NCBI GenBank assembly: GCA_027487835.1
Contig: JAIYCU010000028.1
Location: 22,930 to 86,929 of the forward strand
Length of the DNA stretch: 64,000 bases
Direction: 5' to 3'
Source: Bacteroidota bacterium
GTDB lineage: Bacteria; Bacteroidota; Bacteroidia; UKL13-3
Below are positions 49,338 through 60,500 of the stretch, one piece after another (within the stretch, counting starts at the first letter, position 1; every line of letters starts with the position of its first letter). The position numbers and the translations under genes are program-made. A model generated the notes under the pieces. It did not search any database, was not told the DNA's origin, and was given only the letters and a program-made list of their open reading frames with translations.

Positions 49338-50948
49338 TTAATACTTAATTACCTTCACCACCTTTGCCGCGGCAAAAGCATCTTGAACCTTGAGAAAGTA
49401 ACAACCATTGTGGAGGTGGTTTAAATCAATGGCATTGTCTTGGGCTGAAAGCAAACCCGCTGCCACCTTATTGCCATTGCTCTGAAACAATTCATAGGAA
49501 ATTTCTGTGGCAGGCCAATTTTCAAAGGTAAGTTGAACCTTGCCACTGGTAGGATTTGGATATAGGTTGAAGTTAGGCTGCACACCTTCTCCCTCGTTCC
49601 CAATTTTAGCCAGGTATTGTGCATACATATACCCACAATCCAAAGTTTTATTGCCCACTTCTATTTTAAAGTTAAAAGAACTGCTTACATACAAGTTGTT
49701 CCATTGGTCTTCGAATATCCATACCGCATATGGCACATTTGGAAAGAGATAAGAATCGATTTCTTTTCCATTTTGTGCTTCATAGCTTACCCGGCAAAGG
49801 CCATAATAGTGATGGTACTCTAGGCTAATGGAATCCCATATATCTGTTAGCCTACCATACACCACAGGGTTATCCTCTGAATTTGTCATAATCTTAGTCA
49901 TGTAAAATTCAGTGGTATCCCTTCTATATCTTGGGGTGGGTTTTATCCAGCTTACCTTTCCTTGGCTGTTTAATTTTGAAACAAAGTAAGCGTAGCTTGA
50001 AAAATTATACAGCAGACTGTCATTTAAGAAAGTTTCACCTTCTGAGGAGCCTAATAAATAGGCGTCTCCCTTTGTATCAAAACATAAATCATGCACATAA
50101 TTAAAATCTTTACCACTTAAAATACTGGTGTATTGAGATTGCCCATTTGCCTGCAATTTGAGGATAGAAAAATCTATGCCCCCTTTGGTAATAAAGGTAT
50201 CTCCCTCCCAAGTAAGTGCTTCTTGAAATTGCCCAAAGGCAAATAAATCGCCGGTAGGCGTAACTTTTATTTTAGGACAAAAAACCATCCCTTGCAAGGT
50301 GCGCACCCAAAGCAATTGGCCCTGTGTATTAAATTTTGAAATAAAAAATTTAGACCCACCTGTTTTAGCACCATACAAAACCGTATCCCCTATGGACAAA
50401 GGATACTCAAAAGAGCCGGCTAAATAGCAGTTAGAAGAATCATCCAATAAAACTTGATAGGCATAATTGCCGCTAGCACCCCCAATTGCTTTTGCCCATT
50501 GCGCTTTGCCATTGGCACTATATTTTGTTAGAAAAATATCTGTAGCGCCACCATTGGCAGTTAGGGTTATGTTATCAAAAGAAAGGGAATTGTAAAAAAA
50601 GCCAGTTATAAAAAGTTCTCCTTGTGCATTGGCGCAAATACCCTGACTTTGCAGCGCAGCGCCATAGCTGTTAGAGGAAGTTGCCGCCCACACCAATTGC
50701 CCTTTGGTATCATACTTTGCAGCAAAAACATTTTCTAGGCCATTTGAAGACAAGCTTACCCCATCAATCGTTTTCCAAAGCTGGTGGTAAACACCCCCAG
50801 CATAACTATTGCCGGCCTTATCTACATAAAAAGAACCTGATTGAGCACCCCAAGTTTGTTTTAGCCAACTGGTTTGTTGCGCTTTTACCACTTTTGAGGC
50901 AACAAAGGCAAGGTGCAAAAAAAACAAAAAATGAGCAGCTGTTTTCAT
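49338..50948 (-). CDS. T9SS-secreted beta-propeller (SBBP-repeat-like) protein with type-A C-terminal sorting domain
   Basis: Signal peptide. Repeated G..Y..G...D..GN.YV.G blades. C-terminal LYPNPTSGKVQL...GCYFLKV T9SS tail. Confidence 0.75.
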   Translation of the reverse strand: MKTAAHFLFFLHLAFVASKVVKAQQTSWLKQTWGAQSGSFYVDKAGNSYAGGVYHQLWKTIDGVSLSSNGLENVFAAKYDTKGQLVWAATSSNSYGAALQSQGICANAQGELFITGFFYNSLSFDNITLTANGGATDIFLTKYSANGKAQWAKAIGGASGNYAYQVLLDDSSNCYLAGSFEYPLSIGDTVLYGAKTGGSKFFISKFNTQGQLLWVRTLQGMVFCPKIKVTPTGDLFAFGQFQEALTWEGDTFITKGGIDFSILKLQANGQSQYTSILSGKDFNYVHDLCFDTKGDAYLLGSSEGETFLNDSLLYNFSSYAYFVSKLNSQGKVSWIKPTPRYRRDTTEFYMTKIMTNSEDNPVVYGRLTDIWDSISLEYHHYYGLCRVSYEAQNGKEIDSYLFPNVPYAVWIFEDQWNNLYVSSSFNFKIEVGNKTLDCGYMYAQYLAKIGNEGEGVQPNFNLYPNPTSGKVQLTFENWPATEISYELFQSNGNKVAAGLLSAQDNAIDLNHLHNGCYFLKVQDAFAAAKVVKVIKY

Positions 50949-51006
50949 AACTATAACAGATGAATTATCTACTCAAGGATACGATAAATTTTTAAGAGAA
51001 ACTTTT

Positions 51007-51645
51007 TTATAGCTTAAACCCAAGTCGGATAGAAAACTCTAAGGGAAAAAAGGATGGCTTTGAAAAGAGTAATTTGACAGCCTCTTCCTTGCTAAGATCA
51101 CTGCTTGTTACTTGGAAGAGATTGTAGTAGGAATATCCATAATTAAATTGCAGAATAGTTTTTTTCTCTTTTTTAAAAAACAATTGATGTCCAAGCCCTA
51201 TGCCTGTACCGATATATTTCCCTTTAAATTTTTCTGTACTCATCATACCAAAGAGAAATCCTTCTCTTGTATCGGTATAATCTATGCTGCCACCCATTAA
51301 ATTTCCATACCCATACGTTTCAAACCTTGGGTGAAGAACAAAATGGTAACGGTATTCGGCGCTAAAACGGCTACCATTCAAGGTTAATTCATAATCTGTA
51401 TTAAAAAGAGTTTCGCCTTTTCTTTTAAGGTAGTAAGCTGTAAACCCAGCTAGGATGACATGCCTATCAGAAAACCGATAAGCCAATTGAGGGTTAAATT
51501 TATAGAATAATGAGATAGGTTGATTCACATAAAGCCATATCCCATTTTTTTGAAGCGTATCGGTTTTAGCAAGGTCTTGACTGTTGGCACCTATGCTAAA
51601 ACAAAGCATAACCAAGAGGAGTGAAATGCAATTTTTGTGTTTCAT
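51007..51645 (-). CDS. outer-membrane beta-barrel protein (hypothetical)
   Basis: Signal peptide from the internal Met MKHKNCISLLLVMLCFSIGANSQ. Beta-strand pattern. C-terminal RLGFKL. Confidence 0.55.
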   Translation of the reverse strand: MKHKNCISLLLVMLCFSIGANSQDLAKTDTLQKNGIWLYVNQPISLFYKFNPQLAYRFSDRHVILAGFTAYYLKRKGETLFNTDYELTLNGSRFSAEYRYHFVLHPRFETYGYGNLMGGSIDYTDTREGFLFGMMSTEKFKGKYIGTGIGLGHQLFFKKEKKTILQFNYGYSYYNLFQVTSSDLSKEEAVKLLFSKPSFFPLEFSIRLGFKL

Positions 51646-51690
51646 AAACAAATGAATTAAATAGGGTAAAATAAAAATCAATATAAACTA

Positions 51691-52251
51691 TCAATTAAAA
51701 ACATAGCCAAACCTTAGTTTTAAATCAATGGGTGTACCAGGGCCCCCTAAATAAAAATCACCTTCATAAGAAAAACTTCTATTGCCACTTAAAATGCCTA
51801 CATTTAAGCCTATAGTGGGTTGGAAGAAATAGTTCTTTTCTTTATCCAAAAAAATATTCCAACCAAAGCCAGACCCAAACGAATAATAAGATTCTAAATC
51901 GTAATTCTTCCCGGGTCCATATTGACCAATGGCTAGTCTGCCATAATAAAACCGTTGAGATTTTGGCTTGCTTTTATGAAAGGTTTGTAACTCTAAGGCC
52001 ACTTGAGGGCCAATACAAAGACTACTATTGAAATAGCTAGCACTTAAAAAGAGGGTTAACTGTTTTGTTTTATAACCCAAATAAATAGTAGGCTTAGTAA
52101 TCCATGTTAAAGGTTGCCTCACCATTAGCGTAAAATGGTTTTTAGGAATAGAATTTTGGGCTTGGGGGATAGTATCTTGCGCTGCACTACTATGAGCATA
52201 TAAGATGCTTAACAACAAACATAAAAGCTTAAAAAAATTAGACTTCATCAT
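51691..52251 (-). CDS. outer-membrane beta-barrel protein (hypothetical)
   Basis: Signal peptide MMKSNFFKLLCLLLSILYAHSSAAQ. C-terminal RFGYVFN. Confidence 0.55.
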   Translation of the reverse strand: MMKSNFFKLLCLLLSILYAHSSAAQDTIPQAQNSIPKNHFTLMVRQPLTWITKPTIYLGYKTKQLTLFLSASYFNSSLCIGPQVALELQTFHKSKPKSQRFYYGRLAIGQYGPGKNYDLESYYSFGSGFGWNIFLDKEKNYFFQPTIGLNVGILSGNRSFSYEGDFYLGGPGTPIDLKLRFGYVFN

Positions 52252-52285
52252 AGGTTTTAGTATTTTTATGATACGAACTTAATTA

Positions 52286-52324
52286 GAAATACAAGTTACA
52301 AAAACAAGTTAAAACTTGTATTTC
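52286..52324. promoter_or_regulatory. 12-bp inverted repeat GAAATACAAGTT / AACTTGTATTTC with a third ACAAGTT copy in the loop
   Basis: Perfect arms. Lies in the divergent intergenic region between the 52251(-) and 52393(+) starts. Confidence 0.4.
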
Positions 52325-52392
52325 TTACTGCATAAAACTGTAACAGTAAATCATAAAAAAAATCAATTTCCAAAATTTAACTAACTTGCCTT

Positions 52393-52695
52393 TTGAAAAT
52401 GGATCCTAAATCACCTAACACACAAGCAGGATTTTTGCAATCTATTAACCTAATGCTTTTAGGTGGATTATTGCTTTTGGCGGTAATTGTGGCCGCAAAC
52501 AAGCTTCTCATCCACTATTTATACGCCAATTCACCCTTTCCTAATAATTGGTTAGGCAATTTAGCCAAAACAGAAAGTAAAACTTTTAGCATAGTATCAA
52601 GTATAGAACTATACCTTACTTGGTTTGCCTTGTGTTTATCGTTATTGGGGATGATAAGTGTGATTATAAAACTGGTTAAAACCTGGCAAGACTAA
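52393..52695 (+). CDS. small membrane protein (hypothetical)
   Basis: 100 aa with 2-3 TM helices. Sits immediately upstream of rsmE. Confidence 0.45.
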   Translation: MKMDPKSPNTQAGFLQSINLMLLGGLLLLAVIVAANKLLIHYLYANSPFPNNWLGNLAKTESKTFSIVSSIELYLTWFALCLSLLGMISVIIKLVKTWQD

Positions 52696-52699
52696 GCGC

Positions 52700-53416
52700 A
52701 TGCAATACTTTTTTTATGAAAATTTAGAAGGCAGTGCGTTTGCCTTTGGCGAAGAAGAATCTAAACATTGCATTAAGGTATTGCGGCACAAACGCGGCGA
52801 TACCTTACAATTGATTGATGGCAAAGGCAATTGGGCCGAAGCCCTGATTGAGGAAGAACACCCCAAGCATTGCAGCGGTAAGATTACCAAACGCGTGCAC
52901 CATGCCCCTACCATGCCCTACCATTTTACCTTGAGCATAGCGCCCACCAAACAACATGAACGCATGGATTGGTTGGTAGAGAAAGCCGTGGAGATGGGGG
53001 TGCATTGCATTCAGTTTATACAATGCAAAAACAGCGAAAGGCCCAAAATAAACCTAGAACGTTTGCATAAAATTGCCATTAGCGCCCTCAAACAAAGCAA
53101 GCAGTTTTATTTACCTACTTTTAAACCCTTGGTGCCATTAGAAACTGCCTTGTCAACTGCCACGCAAGACCTAAAACTAATTGCCTATTGCTTGAGTGCG
53201 CAAGACCAAAGCCTTTATGCCTATTTGCAACAAAGGCCTAGCCATATTCATCTGTTGGTGGGACCCGAAGGGGATTTTACCCCTGCAGAAGTGGCACTTG
53301 CCCTTGAAAATGGTTTTAATACCTGTAGCTTAGGTCCGCATATTTTAAGAACCGAAACTGCTGCTTTGTATGCCCTTGCAGCAAGCGCTGCGGTATTGGG
53401 TCAAACCAAACCTTAG
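52700..53416 (+). CDS. rsmE: 16S rRNA (uracil1498-N3)-methyltransferase RsmE
   Basis: N-terminal PUA-like region (HCIKVLRHKRGDTLQLIDGKGNWAEALIEE). C-terminal SPOUT fold with LLVGPEGDFTPAEV. Confidence 0.8.
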   Translation: MQYFFYENLEGSAFAFGEEESKHCIKVLRHKRGDTLQLIDGKGNWAEALIEEEHPKHCSGKITKRVHHAPTMPYHFTLSIAPTKQHERMDWLVEKAVEMGVHCIQFIQCKNSERPKINLERLHKIAISALKQSKQFYLPTFKPLVPLETALSTATQDLKLIAYCLSAQDQSLYAYLQQRPSHIHLLVGPEGDFTPAEVALALENGFNTCSLGPHILRTETAALYALAASAAVLGQTKP

Positions 53417-53419
53417 CTA

Positions 53420-54646
53420 CTAGTGCGCCAAGTACTTTTTAAACCGCTTAATGGCTTTTTTAAATGTGCTTGTGCTAATGGTATTGTTATAAATTTCATT
53501 GCCTTTTGTAAAGCGTAAATCGGTGGCCACAATTCCAATTCTTTTTATACCATTTAGGGTATTTGTGTCGGCGGGAGGCAACACAATGGTATTCTCATAC
53601 ACTTTATACACTTGGGTGGTCTTTGGCAAGTATTCAAACATTTTATCATTGATATAAATGCCTGCCCTGTTTTGCGCCATGGCAGGATATACAATGAGGT
53701 TATGGTGTATGCTCACTTGCAAGCCAAAACATTCTATGGCATTGCCATAGCTATAAAAGATTTTATTATAGGCCACCTCTGCTTGGCAAGGTTGCCCAAT
53801 GATAATGCCACTCATTTGGTTAGGAATCCTTGCATAACTATCATACGAAATCACATTATGGGCTACCCAAACACCTTTAGCAGCCGCAACCTGTATGGCA
53901 TCCCAGCCGCTGCTATCTATGCTGTTTTGATAAATGGCTACGCCAATAATGGCATGTGGCAAAACTGAAACCGTATCTTTAAGGCCCTTGCAAGGTAGGT
54001 TCAACCCGAACCCATTATTATAAAAACTATTGCCAATATACATTCCTTCATTGCCTACATGATGGATATAGTTATGGTGTATTTGAATATCATATAAAAC
54101 AAACTGTTTAAACCTTGGCAAGTCTTTGCAAACAGGGTCGGTTTTAATAGAAATTCCTGAAGAACCAATATAAGAAATCTCTACGCCACAGATTTCTATA
54201 TTGCTGCTAAAATCATTAAAGCTAATGGCATTGCCTTTTGGCAGTTGTGTAATGGTAATGCCATAGGCCTTTTTGCGTTTGCTAATGCCTTGTAGTTTTA
54301 GGTATCGCACCCCAGCGAATGCGAGTCCGTAAAAACCATCTACTGGTTTGGTAATGATAACAGGCCCTTGCCAATTGCAAATGACAATGGGGTGCAGGGA
54401 ATCGCCTTGTAGATTTTCAAACTTCATGGGTGCACGGGTACCTGCAAGGATGGCCAAGGTATCGCCCGCTCCTGCATGTAAATAAAGTGCATTAAACACT
54501 TCATGGGCACTGCCCACTGGGAGGCTGTCTACTTGGCGTATCCAATCTATATGGGGTTTTATGAGAAAGGTTTTGGCTTCTGTTTGAACCCAAGCAAGGA
54601 TGCCCAAACTTAGGCCGAATAAAAATTGCTTTGATAATAGTGGCAT
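53420..54646 (-). CDS. right-handed parallel beta-helix (pectin-lyase-fold) secreted protein
   Basis: Signal peptide. Repeated N/H-rich beta-helix rungs (IHHNYIHHVGNEGMYIGNS, IHHNLIVYP). Confidence 0.6.
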   Translation of the reverse strand: MPLLSKQFLFGLSLGILAWVQTEAKTFLIKPHIDWIRQVDSLPVGSAHEVFNALYLHAGAGDTLAILAGTRAPMKFENLQGDSLHPIVICNWQGPVIITKPVDGFYGLAFAGVRYLKLQGISKRKKAYGITITQLPKGNAISFNDFSSNIEICGVEISYIGSSGISIKTDPVCKDLPRFKQFVLYDIQIHHNYIHHVGNEGMYIGNSFYNNGFGLNLPCKGLKDTVSVLPHAIIGVAIYQNSIDSSGWDAIQVAAAKGVWVAHNVISYDSYARIPNQMSGIIIGQPCQAEVAYNKIFYSYGNAIECFGLQVSIHHNLIVYPAMAQNRAGIYINDKMFEYLPKTTQVYKVYENTIVLPPADTNTLNGIKRIGIVATDLRFTKGNEIYNNTISTSTFKKAIKRFKKYLAH

Positions 54647-54654
54647 CGTTCTAC

Positions 54655-55506
54655 TTAAAACGCAAAGAGTAGTCCGACCGAAATACCAATATTATCAAAC
54701 GGCAAGCCAACAGATAGCGATTGATTGGGCGCATCATTGCTAATGGGTTGAGAAGAATCAACTACATACTTATCTTCATATATTGTTTTTCGAGCCCTTG
54801 CGCTTAAGGAGTTAATGGCATCATTGCCATCAATGGTATATTTTACTACTTCAGCTTGACTAGGTTCATACCGTACCGATTGCAAATTACATTCTCCAAA
54901 AAAACTGAGTTGCTTAGACACTTGGTATTCCAAACCAATACCTGCCTGATAGCCAAATGCGAGTCCACCACTCACTTTATTTTCTCTATAGATGGACTTA
55001 TTATTGGCGTTAATAGTTGAAACATCCGTTTGTATGATGGTATAGTTACCTAAACCAAATACCAACCCAAATTTGGCATAAGGGCTTAGCTTTTCAAAGG
55101 GATAATGTACTAAAAAAGTTGGGCTTATAAATGCCATGCGGGTGGTATAACTATTCTCAACCAAGGAATTTCCATAATTGACTATTTCTTGTTTGTTAAA
55201 AATAGTGGAGGTAGCACCGCGTAAATAGTTTACGCCAAGCTCTAGGCCGATAGTTTTATTTAAGCGATAGCCAAAGGCCAATCCGCCTTGCAAGCCACTG
55301 GCCCATTTAATTTGGGTTCTATCGTAGGTATATTTGATGCTACCAGACCCATTATCTACCATGGTATAATTAAAGCCAATATTCCCATTAATGGCAAACT
55401 GATAGCCAGTAGAAACCTTTAGGTAACCTTTCTGTGCATGGGTATTTGTGAGGGCGATAAGAAAAAAGAAAAGTAAAAGGCTAGGTTTAAAGAAATTAAT
55501 TTTCAT
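54655..55506 (-). CDS. outer-membrane beta-barrel (porin-like) protein
   Basis: Signal peptide. Alternating beta pattern. C-terminal LLFAF. Confidence 0.6.
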   Translation of the reverse strand: MKINFFKPSLLLFFFLIALTNTHAQKGYLKVSTGYQFAINGNIGFNYTMVDNGSGSIKYTYDRTQIKWASGLQGGLAFGYRLNKTIGLELGVNYLRGATSTIFNKQEIVNYGNSLVENSYTTRMAFISPTFLVHYPFEKLSPYAKFGLVFGLGNYTIIQTDVSTINANNKSIYRENKVSGGLAFGYQAGIGLEYQVSKQLSFFGECNLQSVRYEPSQAEVVKYTIDGNDAINSLSARARKTIYEDKYVVDSSQPISNDAPNQSLSVGLPFDNIGISVGLLFAF

Positions 55507-55576
55507 GCTATTGATAAATTATTAGGATTACAAGGTAAAGAATTTTACGTACACATTTGGATGCTTTTTTAAAAAA

Positions 55577-56425
55577 ATGTATGTTGCTGCAATGCAAAAA
55601 GTCATTTCTTGCTTCATGGGAATTTTCTTGCCCTTTCTCTTGTTTGCGGTGAACCCACCCAAGGCAAGTTTAGGATTTTTACCCAAAGAAAGTAAAGAAT
55701 TCTTACCCAAGTACAAATTCATTTCTAGCTTTACCGCAGATAGCCGTGCCCACCGATTAAGCTTTGCGAGAAACTCAGACCAAAACAGTTATACCGCCTC
55801 CATGGGTGGGAGCTTTGCCTTGCTTAACCATCGCTTGGGCCAAATACCATTGCAATGGAGTGCATCGGGCTCAACTTGGTTAACCTTGCAAAGAACCAAA
55901 GGTTCAGGAGGTGTGGTAAACAATGATTTTTTTGCAGATATTTGGGTAGATGCGGCTTTAACCAGCCATTGGTATTTGCGTTTTGGAACAGGGCATAGTT
56001 CGCAACATTTATCAGACGATGCCATATTATTGGGTTTGCCTTTTAGTAATTATGCCAAAGATTATCATTTTGTGGGCGCAATTTTTAAAAAGAAAAAACT
56101 TCAAGCCTATTCTTTGGCTTATTTTAATTATAATTTTAAAACACAAGGCGACATTTCTAGAAAGTGGTTGTTTCAGGCAGGTTTTGAACATGCCCCTTTG
56201 CGCATTAAAGACAATGTTTTTGGGTATTATGCCTTAGACATTAAATGCAGGGAAGAATTACGGTTTGAACCCACCGTGAATATGCAAATAGGATGCAAGG
56301 TAATAGATGAGGAAGGTGCTGCGTTCAGGATTGCCTTGGATCAAACCATAGGAAAAGAAGAACGTGGTAGTTTTATGTATCAAACTCGTAATTTTGCGCG
56401 ACTAGCCCTTTATTTCGACTTTTAA
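55577..56425 (+). CDS. hypothetical protein (possible outer-membrane associated)
   Basis: ORF with hydrophobic N-terminus and C-terminal LALYFDF. Confidence 0.45.
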   Translation: MYVAAMQKVISCFMGIFLPFLLFAVNPPKASLGFLPKESKEFLPKYKFISSFTADSRAHRLSFARNSDQNSYTASMGGSFALLNHRLGQIPLQWSASGSTWLTLQRTKGSGGVVNNDFFADIWVDAALTSHWYLRFGTGHSSQHLSDDAILLGLPFSNYAKDYHFVGAIFKKKKLQAYSLAYFNYNFKTQGDISRKWLFQAGFEHAPLRIKDNVFGYYALDIKCREELRFEPTVNMQIGCKVIDEEGAAFRIALDQTIGKEERGSFMYQTRNFARLALYFDF

Positions 56426-56427
56426 TT

Positions 56428-57309
56428 ATGCGTAGTGTTCAAACCCTTATATTATTTCTTACTACCTTACTAGCACAAGGTGTGTTGGCACAAGACAGCC
56501 TAAGTACGCCTAAGTTTAGTAATCGCCAAAAAATAATTATGGGCAGTTTAGTACTGCAACAAGCAGGCAGTATGTATTTAGAATACAAATGGTGGTGGGA
56601 GCATAACTACCATGATTTTCACCATGAAAATGATGGGGGCTTAAATAATTACAGTTTAGGAATAGATAAAGTAGGCCATTTTTATACTTCTTATATGTAT
56701 AGCAACCTATTATATGAGTTAATGAAATGGGGCAAATTCTCAGAAAAGAGCAGCGAATGGGTGAGTGTTGCCCTTCCCTTTGCCTGGGCATTAAGTATAG
56801 AAGTTGGGGATGGCTTTTCTAAATTTGCATTTAGTAGTCAGGATTTACTAGCAAACTCAATGGGCATTGCCTATGCCTTGGCCCAAAGAAAAGTGGATGT
56901 TTTACAAAAGTTCAAATTCAAATACAGCTATTACCCTTCGCCATATTTTAGAGAAAGGGATATGAAAGGCTGGTCATTGGTTTCTGATTACGACGGACAC
57001 ATTTATTGGTTAACGGCAGATGTGCACGGACTCTTGCCCAAAAGGTTTAAGCCGTATTGGCCAAAATACCTAAACTTGGGTGCGGGTTATGGCATACAAA
57101 ACTTTAGACCTTTAGATCCTTTTACAGATGGGCCCATGTTATTGCGGAAGTTTCATATTGGCTTTGATTATAACTTAGCTAAAATAAAGGTAAGCAAACC
57201 CGGTTGGCAAGCCTTATTAAAAATGGCAGATCATTATCACTTACCTGCACCCGGATTTTCGAAAGTTGGCGGGGATAACTGGCGGTTTAAGGCATTATTG
57301 TTGCAGTAA
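56428..57309 (+). CDS. secreted hypothetical protein (DUF2279-like periplasmic protein)
   Basis: Signal peptide MRSVQTLILFLTTLLAQGVLAQ. DKVGHF motif. A 2-nt gap to the upstream gene suggests an operon. Confidence 0.45.
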   Translation: MRSVQTLILFLTTLLAQGVLAQDSLSTPKFSNRQKIIMGSLVLQQAGSMYLEYKWWWEHNYHDFHHENDGGLNNYSLGIDKVGHFYTSYMYSNLLYELMKWGKFSEKSSEWVSVALPFAWALSIEVGDGFSKFAFSSQDLLANSMGIAYALAQRKVDVLQKFKFKYSYYPSPYFRERDMKGWSLVSDYDGHIYWLTADVHGLLPKRFKPYWPKYLNLGAGYGIQNFRPLDPFTDGPMLLRKFHIGFDYNLAKIKVSKPGWQALLKMADHYHLPAPGFSKVGGDNWRFKALLLQ

Positions 57310-57588
57310 GGCCTTGATTTAAGGGCTTACTATAAATAGTCGCACCTAAAAAGCCACTTACATAGAAATTTTATCCTCTAAAATAAGCAAGCAATTCCCA
57401 TTTTGGGGTTAATAGCTGCCTTTTTCCCTTTTTAATACACACATTGCGACAATTAATACAGCAACTCAAATAAATTTATATCTATTGGTATAAAATTTAA
57501 GGCAATTAAACATTTTAGTTGAAGACTTAATGGGATAAAAAATAGCTTCACATATTATTAATGTAGTCCGTTCTACCTAAATTAATCT

Positions 57589-60500
57589 ATGAAACACGTT
57601 TACAAGCAAATGAAATTCGTATTAGGTTTATCCTTATTCGCATTATTCTGTTTAGTTGGAATCAATGCCAATGGGCAAACTGCCTCTGTCACCTTGGGAA
57701 GCAACCCCGCGTGTCTGGGAGTAAGCAATGCAATTGAAATTACCTATTCTGGGTTAAGCACAGGTGATGAATATGCCGTGAAATGGGGAGCCACAACGGT
57801 AGGTACTATTACCGCGCCGCATTCAGGATCAGGCACTGTTAACCTAAACACCAATAGTTTAGTTTCAACTTCCCCAACTGGGTTCGAGTTTGAAAATCAA
57901 ACAACACCTGGCATTGATGCTACAGCAAGTTTTACCTTAAATGACTTGCCAGCTGCACCTGGTTTTGATTCAGATTATTCTGGAATTTATGACGGGACCT
58001 TTCATACGGGAGTGGTAACAGTTAATGTAGGAGAATCAGTGGTTTGGTATACCGCTTCTAGCGGTGGTAGTGAAACCGATGGTTTAAAAGCAGCAGGAAC
58101 TGCTACTTTTTATGCAGCGGCAAAAATAGATGCAACAGGTTGTTTTAGTAGTTCAAGAACTTCTGCGGATGTTGCAATAGGTGCAAAAACATTAACGGTA
58201 AATGTAACAGCACAAAATAAAGAATATGATGGAAACGATGCTGCAGCCTTAAGTTCAGCTTCATTTTCAGGCGCACTTGGCGGTGATGATGTAAACATCG
58301 GTGGAACAGTAACCGCTAACTTTAATGATAAAACAGTTGATAATGGCAAAGCAGTATCTTTATCTGGTGTTTATACCAAATCTGGCACAGATGCTGGAAA
58401 TTACAGCATTACCCAACCAAGTGGCTTAACGGCTGATATCACTCCAAAAGAATTAACGGTAAATGTTTCAGTTAGTGATAAAGAATATGACGGCAATGAT
58501 GTGGCAACCTTAGGTTCTGCTTCATTTATTGGGGTTGTAGGCGCAGATGATGTAAACATAGGTGGAACAGTAACGGCTAACTTTAATAATAAAACAGTTT
58601 CTTTTGGCAAACCAGTTTCTTTTAATGGTACTTATACAAAATCTGGTACAGATGCTGGTAACTATTACATTACGCAACCTAGTGGTGCTATAGCTAATGT
58701 TAATTACAAGGCATTAACGGTTAATGTATCTGCAAATAACAAAGAATATGATGGAAATGATGTTGCAACTTTAAGTTCGGCATCATTTGTTGGCGTTATA
58801 GGTGGCGATGATGTAACACTTGGTGGAACAGTTACGGCTAACTTTCTTGATAAAACAGTTGATAATGGCAAAGCAGTTGACTTAAATGGTGCTTATACTA
58901 AATCTGGAACAGATGCTGGAAATTACAACCTTACACAACCGAGTGGGTTAACGGCTGATATTACTCCAAAAGAATTAACGGTAAATGTTACCGCTAATAA
59001 TAAAGAATACGATGGAAATGATGGCGCAACTTTAGGTTCTGCTTCTTTTGTTGGTGTTGTAGGTGGTGATGATGTTACAATTGGGGGAACAGTTACTGCT
59101 AACTTTAATAACAAAACGGTTAATAATGGCAAGGCAGTTTCTTTATCTGGTGTTTATACCAAATCTGGAACTGATGCAGATAATTACAGCATAACTCAAC
59201 CAACAGGCTTAACTGCTAATGTTACCGCCAAAGAATTAACAGTAAGTGTAACCGCTAATAGCAAAGAATATGATGGCAATGATGGCGCAACTTTAGGTTC
59301 TGCTTCTTTTGTTGGCGTTGTAGGTGGTGATGATGTTACAATTGGGGGGACAGTAACTGCTAACTTTAATAACAAAACAGTTAATAATGGCAAGGCAGTT
59401 TCTTTATCTGGATTTTATACCAAATCTGGAACTGATGCTGGAAATTACAGCATTACCCAACCAACAGGTTTAACAGCAAATGTTACCGCCAAAGAATTAA
59501 CAGTAAGTGTTACTGCTAATAACAAAGAATATGATGGCAATGATGTGGCAACTTTAAGTTCAGCCTCTTTTGTTGGCGTTGTGGGCGGTGATGATGTTAC
59601 AATTGGTGGAACAGTGACGGCTAACTTTAATAACAAAACGGTTAATAATGGCAAGGCAGTTTCTTTATCTGGAGTTTATACCAAATCTGGTGCAGATGCT
59701 GGAAATTACAGCATTACCCAACCAAGTGGTTTAACCGCAAATGTTACAGCTAAAAATTTAAACATAAGTGTTACGGCCCAAAACAAAATATTTGATGGAA
59801 ACGATGAAGCTACTTTAAATTCAGCAAGCTTCAGTAATTTGATTTCTGGAGATGATGTAACCCTTGGTGGCACCGTAACTGCTAATTTTAACAATATTAA
59901 TGTTGGTAATACAAAGCCTGTTTCTCTTACAGGAACTTATACAAAATCAGGACCTGATGCTGGTAATTATAACTTAATTCAGCCAAGTGGTTTAACAGCA
60001 AACATTACACACCAACCAATAACTATTACGGCCCTTAACCAAGCTAAATGCCAAGGTACAGGCGTTACTTTAAATGGAACAGAGTTTAGCATTTCAGGTA
60101 TTATTTCTCCTGATGAAGTAACTTCGGTTACCTTAACTACGAGTGGTGCATCAAGCGGAGCGGCTGCAAGTTCTACGCAATATGCCATTGTTCCAAGTGC
60201 TGCTGTAGGTTCAGGATTATCTAATTATAGTATCAGTTATGTAAATGGTGGATTCTTAGTAAGATCTAATCCTACTGCTAGTTTCTCATTTAATGACAAT
60301 ACACAATGCTTTGTTGGACATGGGTTCAACCTAAGCAATACTTCTTCTAATGGAAGCACAACTGGTTCTGGCACAATTAACGCTTGGAGCTGGACCGCAA
60401 CAGGTTCTAGCAATGCAGCCTTTACAGGTGTTGGTCCACATGGCCCATTAACCTATGCTAGTCATGGCGATTATACTATTAACTTAAGCGTTACTGACCA

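Noticed and set aside
55528-55722. 64-aa minus-strand ORF
   Set aside because: It overlaps the start of the 55577..56425(+) gene and the upstream intergenic region, has no signal or motif, and is likely spurious.
58110-60188. Series of about 65-79-aa minus-strand ORFs (MPLLTVLLLKLAVTVPP...) in the ORF track
   Set aside because: They are antisense frames of the 261-bp tandem repeats inside the plus-strand giant adhesin gene (57589..64000). The real gene is absent from the track only because it has no stop within the window.
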